NCBI RefSeq assembly: GCF_036321535.1
Contig: NC_087437.1
Location: forward strand, 72,666,001-72,730,000
Source: Camelus dromedarius
Lineage: Eukaryota
Direction of reading: 5' to 3'
Length of the DNA stretch: 64,000 bases
The notes beneath the pieces are model-generated. The model saw only the letters and a list, made by a program, of their open reading frames with translations. It was not told where the DNA came from and searched no databases. The position numbers and the translations under genes are program-made. Below are positions 1 to 12,400 of the stretch, piece by piece. Numbering within the stretch: the stretch's first letter is position 1; every line of letters begins with the position of its first letter.

Positions 1-1239
1 AGTGGAGCATTATAACTGACAGATGGGAGTCCCCTAGGAACCATAAAAACATAATAGTTTGGATATAGCCCTCTCACATCCTTTTTAACCTGTCTGGCTA
101 AGATGATTCAGAAAAATCAACTCTCACACACTCATGCTTGTAAACAAAATGTCCCATGATAAACTGGTTGAGTAGACTCTTATCTTTTATAATATATGAT
201 AATGTCATTAAAGCCCTGAGCCCAGTCCTGTTATGTTATGAATGGTGTTATATATAATTGAGTAGTTTTGCTGCCTTCCCTTGTTGGGACCCATGACCTC
301 AGCAGGTCCAGACAGGTGGTAAATTTCATGACTTCGATAACTAATTGGAGGCAGTGAGCACTTGAGATGCTACCCATGGTGAATCTTTAGAGAGTCTTTA
401 GAGACTATCAAAGCGAGGCTAAGGGGAAGGTCAAGAGTTACAGAAAATGTATCTGTCCTAAACCCTTGGAAATGACTGCGAGGGAATCTCAGGTGACTGG
501 GAGATCAAGGGAAAGCACTGGCACCCATCTTCGGGGAGATGTCCACAAGGTTTTGGATTCTTCTTCTCACTGTATGTTTAGCATCCTAGACATTAAAACC
601 TTGGCAGGGCAGATATAGAGACTTCCCTACCATACAGTCTGACCTTTGTGCATATGAAAAAGATGCCCCCTTCTGGGTGGACCACTTCTAGGCTAATAAA
701 AACCCCAGGCCTGAATTTGCAATCTGGGGAGCTAAGGGCAGGCTGGATTTCAGCCCTCACTCTTATTTACTTGGCAGTTGCCCTTCTGAAGGACATATTT
801 GCATAATCCTCCACACAATTTTCTATGGGTTGACACAGTCAGACGTGTGAGTGTGTGTGTGTGAGAGAGAGGGAGGGTATCCTACTCTTCTTTATGAAAA
901 TGAGTCTCTTTTTTTGGATGAAAGGAAACCTAAAAATAAGAAGGAATTGCTCTTCTATAGTGAAAACCCTAGCAAACCCCTCAGAGTTTGAAAAGGACCC
1001 ATACTATCTATCCAATCCTGCCTTGCTCGTAAGAAGTGGGTCCCACTTCTTTTGAGCATCAGGGGGAGAATCACGAAACAGGAATTATAATACTCTCCTC
1101 CATTCTACCTCTCAGAGTTGTTAGAAGGTTCAGATGAGACCATATACAAAACTCCTCTCCATGAAGCCCAAAGCACTACATCAACAGCCGTCAGTGTTAT
1201 CTGGAGGGGAAGGGCATGGCCATTCACCGAGACACACAC

Positions 1240-1508
1240 CTGCCTCGTGCCTCCGCCCCCAGCCGGTCACCCAGCACTTCACTCCGCCTCGCACTTTCTG
1301 GCCAGCGGGAGGAATGCATATCGGCTGAATGAGCTGTTTCAGGGTCTCGGGCCAGGCGATACTGAGCTGTAGCAAGGCAATATCGTAGTCAAAGGTCTGG
1401 CTGTTATAGTACTCATGGACCACAATTCTTCTCACTGGGGAGACGAACTTGGCAGTCCCCTGCACATACATCCCAAGGTGCGCGGTCCACGGTGTGGGGT
1501 CGGACAGT
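1240..1508 (-). CDS. TMPRSS7: TMPRSS7 exon 16 (catalytic Asp), 269 nt
   Basis: gcaccag acceptor; [17 protein letters not shown]...DYDIALLQL...[12 protein letters not shown]; donor gtgtgt. Confidence 0.96.
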
Positions 1509-4500
1509 CTGGTGCAAAAGGAATGAAGAATGAAGTCAGAGGCAGAAGAACCGTACAGGGTTTGGAAACAGAGGAATGAGGGCTGTGGAGAGGGCGGTCT
1601 GACTTTCAGTCCCTATTGCAGTCACTGGCTCTGCCCTGTGGATACAGCAAGAGGCACACTGTCTCGGAGCCTCCCTTGTCGCCTTAATAAACCAGAGATG
1701 AAGTAATGTGTAGTTGGGCCGGTGAACAATAGCTATGTTCCAGAAAATGTCCTCAATGGCATCCTAAGGACACGCTGAAAATTTCCTTGCCACTGTTATT
1801 TCATGAACCACATACGGGTCAAGACTGTTAGTCAAGGAATTAATTTGTTTCATTGTCCCTATTGATGCTGACAGTGGTATTTGATGGAGACAGACAGGGC
1901 CAGTGAGTCAGTGGTTTAGGGATCCTTTTACGAAATTCAAATGACACGAATACCAAGACAGGTTAGAAATCAGTGCTACAAGCAGGAATTTAATGAAATT
2001 CCTTCCTGCAAACTGCCAGAAGCCTTAAAGATTACTCTGCTCTAACTGCTCAAGCTTGACCATTCATAGGGCCCCACCTCTATTAGTCCTTTCAGAATTC
2101 TAATCCTGACCCTAGTGGCCTTGCATGAAGTCACTGAAGGGCTTGTAGTCTCCATCTGAGGTTCCATCTCCATCAGCACAGCAACCTTGCTCTGGTGGGG
2201 TGAAGAGAATGTGGAAGCGTTGGGAGAAAAATGAGGACAGATCCCAAAGAGTGTGGCCCCTAATCTGCTTAGCTGACATCTCACAGGCAGCACTGGGGAC
2301 CCGGGGACATGTGACTAAGGGTCACATATTACTCGGAGCAGTTTCACTGCATAAAAGATTAAAGGTAGAACAGAAATGTAGCCATTTTAGTCATTAACAT
2401 GAATCCTATCATCTCCAGGAGAAACAAATATCCTAATTGAATAAATTCATGGAAATACTCCACTTTAAAGAATGCTGAATGAGAAATGAATGATATATTT
2501 GTGTACCTAAGATCCAACAGATTCCAAATAAGTTTACCTTTTAATTCAAGTTGTTTTCTGAACTTTCTTTTCACCCTTATCTGGGAGACTGTCTGCCCCA
2601 TAATAATCCCACTGGTAAAGGCAGACAGAGCCCTTCCAGTAGTGACCCTAACAGACTTTTTCACGACTTCTCCTCTGTGATACTGTGGTTCATAACAAGA
2701 AATACGTATGCGGTCTACTTTCCATTTCTGGCACAGAGCTCCTAAAACCCTTGGAATTTTGTAAGTGATGTGAGGGACCAAATGTCTTTTGTTATATTAA
2801 TGAGGTTACTTTGGGCCAGCAACTAAGACTCGGGAATGGTCACCAGGAGAACCAACCAAGTGATTGGAGTGCTAGAACTTTCAGTCCTACCTCCTGACTT
2901 CTGGGGAGGATGGAGAGGCTAGAGGTGGAATCCATGGCTAATGACCAATGATTTAATTAATCATGCCTATGTAAGCCTCCAAAAAAGCCAAGAAGGAGAG
3001 GGTTTGGAAAGCTTCTGGGTTAGTGAATGCACGGAGATTCAGGGAGAGTGATACACCCCAAGAAGGCAGGGAAACCCTGCCCGCTTCCCCCATACCTCAC
3101 CCTATGCATGTCTTCCATCTGACTGCTCCTTAGTTATATCCTTGTATAATAAAATGTGTCTGTGAGCTGCTCTAGCAAATTAATCAACCACCAGGAGTGG
3201 GTCATGGGAGCCTCTGCTCTATAGTTAGTCAGTCTGAAGTACAGGTGACAACTTGGACTTTCAATTGGTGTCTGAAGTTGGGGGGGTGGGGGTAGTCTTG
3301 CAGGACTGGGCCCCTAAACTGTATAATCTGATGCTGTCTCTGTGTAGAGAAAGCCAGAATTGAGTTGAATTGTCGGACACTCAGCTAGTGTCAGAGAACA
3401 GCTTGGAGGGGGGTGTGGGAGCCCTTCCCACCAGCACATTGGAAATTGGGATGCCGATCATCACCTCCAACTCTAAATAAGGATCCCTGGACTCCAGTCC
3501 TCCTCCAGGGCCCATTTCCCACGCAGTCCCACACTCCACATTCCTCACACATTCGCACAGAATTCCTTCTGACTTGAAAGCCCTATCCTATTTTCTTAGC
3601 CTCGTAAAAGCCTATTCATTCTTGATGTTCCTTTGTGTTCTTATATTTATATCAATAATACCTAAAAAAAAAATGTTTGGCATACAACTGGTGTCACAAT
3701 AAAAACAAAACAAAACAAAACCACCAACAGAACTGATTAAACAATTCCAACAGGGAATTTCTTCCCACAGTGTGAGGGCATTTGTATGGTCTGTGGTCAG
3801 AGACTGTGCCCCTTTAGAGTAAGGATTGAGATGCCCCACCTGTTTCCATGGAAGCAGTGGGCAGCGGAGAGAAGCCACTCCCTGGAGATGACTGAGGCCC
3901 CGCAGTAGGCAGATCCGACAAAGTGGAGGCTGACTTGCCACGGCCAACCCCCTTCTTGGGTGTCGATGCCCCCAATGATGCGGTGGAGGGTGGAGGAACT
4001 CCTGCTGCAGCCTTTAGGAGAGGAAGGGTCACATGATTTAAAGGCAGACTTGGAAGAAAAACTGGAAATACAGTCAACTTTTGAGCTATTGGGAACTGAC
4101 TAACCAGGTAGGCAACTTGAAATCCCCTGCTTATCTGGAAAGGCAGTTTGTGGGTTCATCTAAAACCAGCACCAACAAACCACTCCCTCCCTCCCAAAAA
4201 TAGGCCTTGACACAGAGTTACTGACTCCCCACAATAACACACACAAAGGGAGGAGGGGGCCTATTAGTAACAGCTGTACTGACGGGGACAGCAGACGTGG
4301 GGTTCAGGTTGTTAGGTAGAGAAAAAAATTAGTTTCAAATGCAACAGAATTGAAAGTGTCACTGAAATTGTGCTGATTGGAGGGAAAGCATTTGGGGGAA
4401 AATTTGTAAGTCCAAAACAAATGAAAACCTAGTTAAGAAAAACTAGCTAAGAAAAACTGGTTATCAGAGCAATTACTTTCCAGTGTAAACAGTATTGATA

Positions 4501-6412
4501 AGGATGTATAATTAACATGTTGTCACATGGCCAGTTAGAGATCACACAACTAATAATAAAAGAAAGCACGTTGGAGTTCTCAGGTCATAGCTAAAAAAAG
4601 AACCATATCTGTGGTTAAGAGGGCGCAGTAGTGAGACCAAGAGCTCACCTCCTCTCACAATGACAACAAAACCACAACTGACTACTAAACAATCATCGAT
4701 AAAAAAAGACTACAACCTGACAAAATAGATCTTATTCAACTGGAAACATAAAGAGGGAACCACAGCAGGATGATAGGAGAGGTGTGTTCACGATATAATT
4801 GGGCCCTATAACCCCTGGGTGAGTGACCCACAATCTGGAGAATAATTAAATTACAGAGGCCCTCCCATAGGAGTGAGAGTTGTGAGCCCCACATCAGGCT
4901 CCCCAGCTCAGGGCTCTAGCATTTGGAGGAAGAGACCGCAAAACATCTGGTTTTGAAGGCCAGTGGGGCTTAACTCCAGGAGCTCCACAGGACTTGGGGG
5001 AAACAGACACATCACTCTCTTGGGAAGTGTACACAGAATCTCGTTTGGACTGAGGCCCAGGGCAGAGCCCTTCTAGTAGTGACTCTAACAGGGTCAAAGG
5101 ACCTGACTCCAAAAACCACAAGACACTGAAGAAAGACATTGAAAATGACACAAGCAGATGGAATGAAATGCCACGTTCTTGGGTTGGAAGAATCAATATT
5201 TTTAAAATGGCCATACTACCCAAGGCAATATACAGATTCAATGCAATGCCTATAAAATAACCAATGACATTTTCAGAGAACTGGAACAAAAAATATTAAA
5301 ATTTGCAGGGTAACACAAAAGACCGTGAATAGACAAAACAATCTTGAGAAACAAGAATAGAGCTGGGGAATTATGCCCCATGACTTTAGACCATGCTACA
5401 AAACTACAGTAATCAAAACAGTATGGTACTGGCACAAAAAGAGACACACAGATCAATGGAACAGGATAGAAAGTCTAAAAGTAAATTCACACACTTATAA
5501 TCAATTAACCTATAATAAAGGAGGCAAGAATATACAATGGAGAAAAGACAGTCTCTTCAATAAATGTTGCTGGGAAAACAAGACAGCTACTTGTAAAAGA
5601 ATGAAATTAGAACATTCTCTAACACCATGTACAAAAACAAACTCAAAATGGATTAACATACTAAATGTAAGACTGGATACTATAAAACTAGAGGAAAACA
5701 TAGGCAGAACACTGTTTGACATAAATCACAGCAATATTTTTTTTCAGACGAGCTCCTAGAGTAATGGAAATAAAAGCAAAAATAAACAAATAAGACACAA
5801 TTAAAGTTAAAAGCTTTTGCACAGCTAAAGATACCATTAACAAAATAAAAAGACAACTTACAGAATGGGAGAAAATATTTGCAAATGATGCAACTGACAA
5901 GGGACTAATTTCCAAAATATACAAACAGCTCAACATAAAAAACCCCAAACAACCTAATCAAAAAATGGGTAGAAGACCTAAATAGACATTTCTCCAAAGA
6001 AGACATCCAGATGGCCAGCAGGCACATGAAAGGATGCTCATTGTTGCTATTTATTAGAGAAATGCAAATCAAAACTACAATGATGTATCACCTCACACCA
6101 CTCAGAATGGCCATCACTAAAAACTCTTCAAATAATAAATGCTGAAGAGGGTGTGAAGTAAAGGAACCCTCCTACACTGTTGGTGTGAATGTAAATTGAT
6201 GCAGCCACTATGGAGGACAGTAAGAAGGATCCTTAAAAAATTAAAAATGCACTTACCATATGATCCAGCAATCACACTCCTGGGCATACATCCAGAGAAA
6301 CTATAACTGGAAAAGACACATGCACCCCAATGTTCACAGCAGCCCTACATACAATAGCCAAGACATGGAAACAACCTAAGTGTCCATCACCAGATGAATG
6401 ATAAAGATGTGG

Positions 6413-6451
<39 letters not shown>

Positions 6452-9400
6452 ATTTGTCTATATATATATATAAAATAATGGACTGTTACTGAGCCATACA
6501 AAAGAATAAGTAATGCCATTTGCAGCAACATGGATGGGCCCAGAGACTATCATATTAAGTGAAGTAAGCCAGGCAGAGAAAGGATACTATTATATGATGT
6601 CACTTACATGTGGAATTTTTTAAAAATGATACAAATTTTATTTATAAACCAGAAATAGATTCATAGATACAGAAAAAAAAAACACTGGTTATCAAAAAGG
6701 AAAGGGGAGAGGGATAGATTAGGAGTTTAGGATTAACAGATACACAATATTATATATAAACTAGATAAACAATAAGGACCTACTGTATAGCACAAGGAAC
6801 TATATTCAATTTCTTGTAATAAACTGTAATGGAAAAGAAACTGAAAAAATATATATGTATGTATATGTATAACTGAATTGCTTTGCTGTATACCTGAAAC
6901 TAACACTGTAAATCGATTAAACTTCAATAAAAATTAAGAAGTAAAAATAAGGCAGAGAAATAAAATAAGAAATAAAATAAGACAGAGTGGCTGAGTGAAT
7001 GAAAAGAAAAGCCCATATATATGCTACTTACAAGAAACTCACATCAGATCTAAAGATACACTAGCCGGAAGGTACGGGGATGGAAAAGGTATTCCACACA
7101 AATGGAAATCAAAATAAAGCCAGGGAAGTGATACTTATATCAGACAAAATAGGCTTTGAAACAAAGATGTAACAAGACACAAAGAAGGACATTACACATT
7201 GATAAAGGGATCAATCCAACAGGAACATGTAACAATTGCAAACATATATACACTCAACCTAGGAGCACCTAAATATATAAAGGAAATAGTAACATACATA
7301 AAGGGAGAAATTTACACTGATACAATAACAGTAAGGGACAATAACACCCCATTTACATCAATGGACAGATCGTCCAGACAGAAAAATAATAATGATATAG
7401 TGGCCTTAAAAAACACTTCAGACCAAGTGAACTTAGTAGATCTATATAGAACATTCCATCCAAAAGAGCAGAATACATATTCTTTTCAAGTGCACATGGA
7501 ACATTCTCCAGGATAGATCACGTGCTAATTCATGGAAGAATTCAAGTCGCAGTAAGTCTAAGAAGATTGAAATCACATGAAGCATCTTTTCTAACCCTGA
7601 GGCTATTAGACTAAAAACAAACTCTAAGAAAAAAATTGCATAAAACACAAACACATGGAGGCTAAACAATACGCTACTAAATAGCCAACGAATCACTAAA
7701 TCACAAAGAAGAAATTTTAAAAAACACCTGGAGACAAATGAAAACACAATGATACAAAATATATGGGACACAGCCAAAGATTTCTGAGAGAGAAGTCCAA
7801 ATGATACAAGGGTACCTCAGGGAACAAGAAAAATCTCAAATAACAATCTGATCTTACACTTAATGGAACTAGAAAATTAAGAACAAACAAGACCTAAAGT
7901 TAATAGAGGGAAAGAAGTCATAAAGATCAGAGCAGAAATACATGAAATAGACTTAAAAAATAGAAAAGATCAATGAAACTCATTGCTGGTTCTTTGAAAA
8001 GATAAACAAAATTGATAAACCTTTAGTCAGACACATCAAGAAGAAAAGAGAAGTGTTCCAAATAAATAAAATTGGAAATGAAAGAGAAGTTATGACTGAC
8101 ACCACAGAAATACAAAGAATCATAAGAGACTACTATGAGCAACTATATGCCAATAAAATGGACAACTTTGAAGAAATGGAGAAATTTCAGAAATGTGCAC
8201 TTTCCCAAGACTAAAGCAGGAAGAAATACAAAATATGAATAGACCAATTACCAGTATGGAAATCAAATCAGTAATTTAAAAACTCCCAACAAACAAAAGA
8301 CCAGAACCAGATAAATCACAGGTGAATTCTATCAAACAGTTAGAGAAGAGTTAACACCTATCCTTCCCAAATTTTTTTCAAAAAATGCAGAATACGGTAT
8401 GTTTCTGAACTCATTTATGAGGACAGCATCACCTGGATACCTAAACCAGATAAATATATCACACAAAAAGGAAAATTATAGGCCAATATCACTGGTGAGC
8501 ATAAATGCAACTTTCCTCAACAAAATATTAGCAAACTAAATTAAACAATATTTAAAAAGAATCATGCACCATGGTCAAATAGGATTGATCCCAGGAATGT
8601 AAAGATGGTACAATACCTACAATTCAACCAGTGTGATACACCACTGTAACAAACTGAAGAATAAAAATCATATGATGATCTCAACAGATAAAGAAAAGCT
8701 TTTGATAAAATTCAACATCCATTTATGATAAAAAAAACTCTTCAGAAAGTAGGTATAGAAGGAATTAACCTCAGCATAATAAAAGCCATATATGATAAGT
8801 CCACAGCTAGGCATGCACTCTGCCACTGAGCTATACCTTCACCCTTCTTCCAAAGAATTTTTAAAGTAATATTTATTTTCCATGATGGCAGGAACTTTTT
8901 TCCCCTCTTTGGTTCACTCTTCTGTATCCCAAGTCTCTATCTTTTGTGTTTGTAACTTATTCATACATGTCATAATTACTAATAGGGCATTTTTTTCCAT
9001 TTAATTTTTTACCTTTATATGTCATTTTGGTAATATTTTTCTATTTTCTCCTGTGCTGTCTTTCATTAGGTTAAATATTCTTTTTCTAGTTTCAGTCATA
9101 CATTATGCTATTCTTTTGATGCTTTGCCCTAACTTACTAAGAATAATACTTATATTTATTTTTTAATGTCTATTTCTTAAGCATATACATCTTGGCATAA
9201 TTCTCACCTACTTCTCATAATCTTATTACCTAAACCCTTATGTCCTTCCATGTAGGTTTGAATTTTTGTATTATTTTATTATAGATACATGATTTGGGGG
9301 AATCTTGCTTTTTTAGGCAGTTACAAATTTTGATAAGTTATATGTCCTTTCTGCATATCTTTCTATGTAGCATCCTCCTGGGTTCATTTTTCTTTTTTCC

Positions 9401-12400
9401 AGAATGCTTTTTTCAAAAGTGTTTTCAAGGAGAGTCCTGATATAATACATTTTCTGAGGTTTATATGCTTAACAAAATCTTTTTTCATCCTGTCATTTTG
9501 TAATATTTTGCTCTTAAAATTTAGGACAGAGTCTTCCAGTAGTTTTAAAAAATTGAAGTCCCACAAAATATCATCTACACAATTGGGAAAGAAAAGAATA
9601 GAGAAAGATTAAAAATGAAGAGGAAGAGATAAAACAAAAAATAATCTAACAGAATGATGTACACATGTTTAGGAAAAGCCATGTATAAAAATGTTTATAG
9701 CACCACTATTAAAAATAATCCCCAAATGGAAAACACACAAATGTCTAGTAACAGTAAAGTAGTAAATAAATGTGGTGTTTACAGAATGGGATAGTATACA
9801 GCAGTGAGAATGAATGACTCACAGCGACATGCAAAATCATGGATGAATTTTTCAAATCTACTGTTGAGTGAAAGAACCCAGATACAAGTGAGGACATACT
9901 CCATGACGTCATTTATATCAAGTTCACTAACAGGCAGGCCTATTTCATGATGCTAAGAGTAAGAGAGCAGTGGGTGGTGGCAGAGGCAGTAGTGCAGGAA
10001 GAGTGAGCAAAGAGGGTGGAACCGGCTCTGTGGGGCTGGGAACCGTCAGGGTTTTATCTGCTCACAGCTATGCAAGCATGTTTACTCTATGGCAATTCAA
10101 ACTGTGTACTCATGAGGTATGCACTTTCCTCTATGAATAACACAATCAAAAGTGAAAAGTATTTTTTAAAATATACCTTTGTAGCAATATTTATAAAAGG
10201 CAAAGTGGAATTCAAAGCTGATTTTCTTTAATATTTTGAAAATTAGCTCATTGCATCCAGCACTGCCTTGTGACAAAGTCACTTTGTTTCTTTTCTTCAG
10301 TGTCTCTACTTCTCATTTTTGAAGCTTTAAGAATTTTCTCTTCGATTTCCTTACTTTGATCTTCTTCATTTCATTATAATATGTCCTTAAGTTGGCTTTC
10401 TCTTATAAATGCCTGTTTGCCACTCTGTGAATCTTTTGGTCCTTTCAATGTGTACTTTATGTTAATGTTTTTCTGAAAAAAAAAATCAGTCATTTTTTAT
10501 TTACAGCCCTGGGATTTACAGCCCCATGAATCCTTAAGTAAAGGCTCTGTTCCAGCACCTTGTCAGAGGGGTGCTGGTGGGCAAACAGGAAAGGCTTTAG
10601 GAATTGAGCACTTCATTGATCTGTTTGTCTTTGTTTATTTTTTAAGAGCCAAGAACTCTGGAACTTGTTAAAATAAGAAGAATCCTCAGCATCAACGCAA
10701 GTGTTAGAAAATGCCTCACAGAAAAGAAATCCAGTCACACTGGTGAAAGAGCGACGTTGACGGCTTAAAGATACAATTTGGTTCTGGATAAAAATAAATA
10801 TACATTTGTTTTTTGTAAAGTGCTTCTTGGTTAGATTCGGCTTCAAAATATTTGCATTTTTCAGAGGTGGTAACTGGGGAAACTGTAACACTGCTCAAAA
10901 ATCATTTCCTACATGCCTGCTCCACAGCGCAGACTGCCATTCCTCCCAGCGCGAATGCCGTGAAACGCTTCACGTCCTCCGATCTCGCCCTGTATCCTTT
11001 CTCTCTGTAAGATGAAAATGGGAAAAGTGTATATTTTTTTCAAACACTTTCTCCGTTTCCCCAGTTGCCATCTCTGAAAAATTCGAACTGTTTGAAGATA
11101 GAAAAAAGATGAGCATGTTTTTAGAAGGCATTTAATTGCCTAGCACTAACCTACCTGGCCTCGGCTCCTTTGTGTGTGTGATGTGTGTAAGTGTGTGTAT
11201 GTGTGTGTGCAGGGGAAAGTAAGGGGGCGGGGCAGGGGGAGGAGTGAGGGGCGGGGAATCACTGCGATTGCGGGGGGCTTCCTAGTGGCGAGGACCTTCC
11301 TCCAGCACCCCGGGTCTGGCGTGAGATCCCTCCGGACCTCCAGCTGAAGCCCGCCAGCGCGCGCGGCCGGGAGCGAGGATGGAGAGGCTGGTGAGCCGGG
11401 CCAGGCGAGGGAAAGAGGGCTCGGGGTGGGCGGTGTCGCGCCGGCGGCCCTGGGGCGGTGGCGGGCTGAGAGCGCCAGGCTGCGGCCCTCCTCAGGCTGG
11501 TCCGGAGCTGGGATTTTTGCTAGCGCTTTCCTCTCAGCGCTTATCCTTGCAGAGAAGCTGATTTTGCCTTCTAGCTGATGGTTTACAGGCCGTTCTGGCC
11601 ATCCGGTTCTCTGTCTCAACGTGCTAGAGAAAGGATGCCGCCGGGCGGTGGCTCCGCAGGCGCTTCTCCGAAGACCATTGACATCCCTGGAGGGGAACCG
11701 GGCCTGGGGGTCGCGCGCTGGTGGCAGGGATAGAGGGTGCTGTATTGGCTCCGTTTAGGCCCTGAAAGCTGGGGTGGGGTTGTGAATTTCGGGATTACTG
11801 TCCCTGGGAGAGCTCGCTCCCTCCATGACGCTCCAGCCTCTTTCTCCATCCTCTGCGCCTTTGCCTTGGGAAGCCATAAACGATTGGCTACATCAGGGTT
11901 AAAACCCAGGCTATGAGAGACAGACATTTTGTTTATTCAGGATCTGTATACATGACAAAATGAAGGAGAGGGTTTTCATTTACACTGGTATAATTTTAGA
12001 AAACAATAAAAATTAACATCCAAATACAGGTAATGCCTCAGGGTATATTTTTTTTTCATATATAGTTTATTGGCAAGACCCCACAGCCGGTTATTTCAAT
12101 GTCTTTCTTAACAAAGGCCTTCAAGTGATGTTTACCATGTGCTAGATGCTCTTAACCTTCACAACTATCCGTCAAAGGAGGAATTATTACCCAATTTCAC
12201 AAAGAAACAGGCAGAAAATGTCTCCAAGTCCATGTGACTGTGTAATATGTCAGGGTCAGGATTTGGACCTAGAAGCTTTCAGGGAACGAGGTACGTATAG
12301 GGACAATGGAGCTGCCAGGCAGGCAGCTGTCAGGTAAGAGCCAGGGCTCTGTGAACCCTGGCGCTTTTGGCACGGGTTATAAATGGACTTCTCCATTTCC

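Noticed and set aside
4894..8809. L1-derived ORFs as a functional retrotransposon
   Set aside because: Fragmented, out of order, ORF1 absent, and many stops and frameshifts.
11146..11927. Minus-strand ORFs of 157 and 103 aa and the 60-aa unspliced [13 protein letters not shown]
   Set aside because: Expected by chance in GC-rich DNA; the real coding signal is the 12-nt exon ending at the gtgagc donor.
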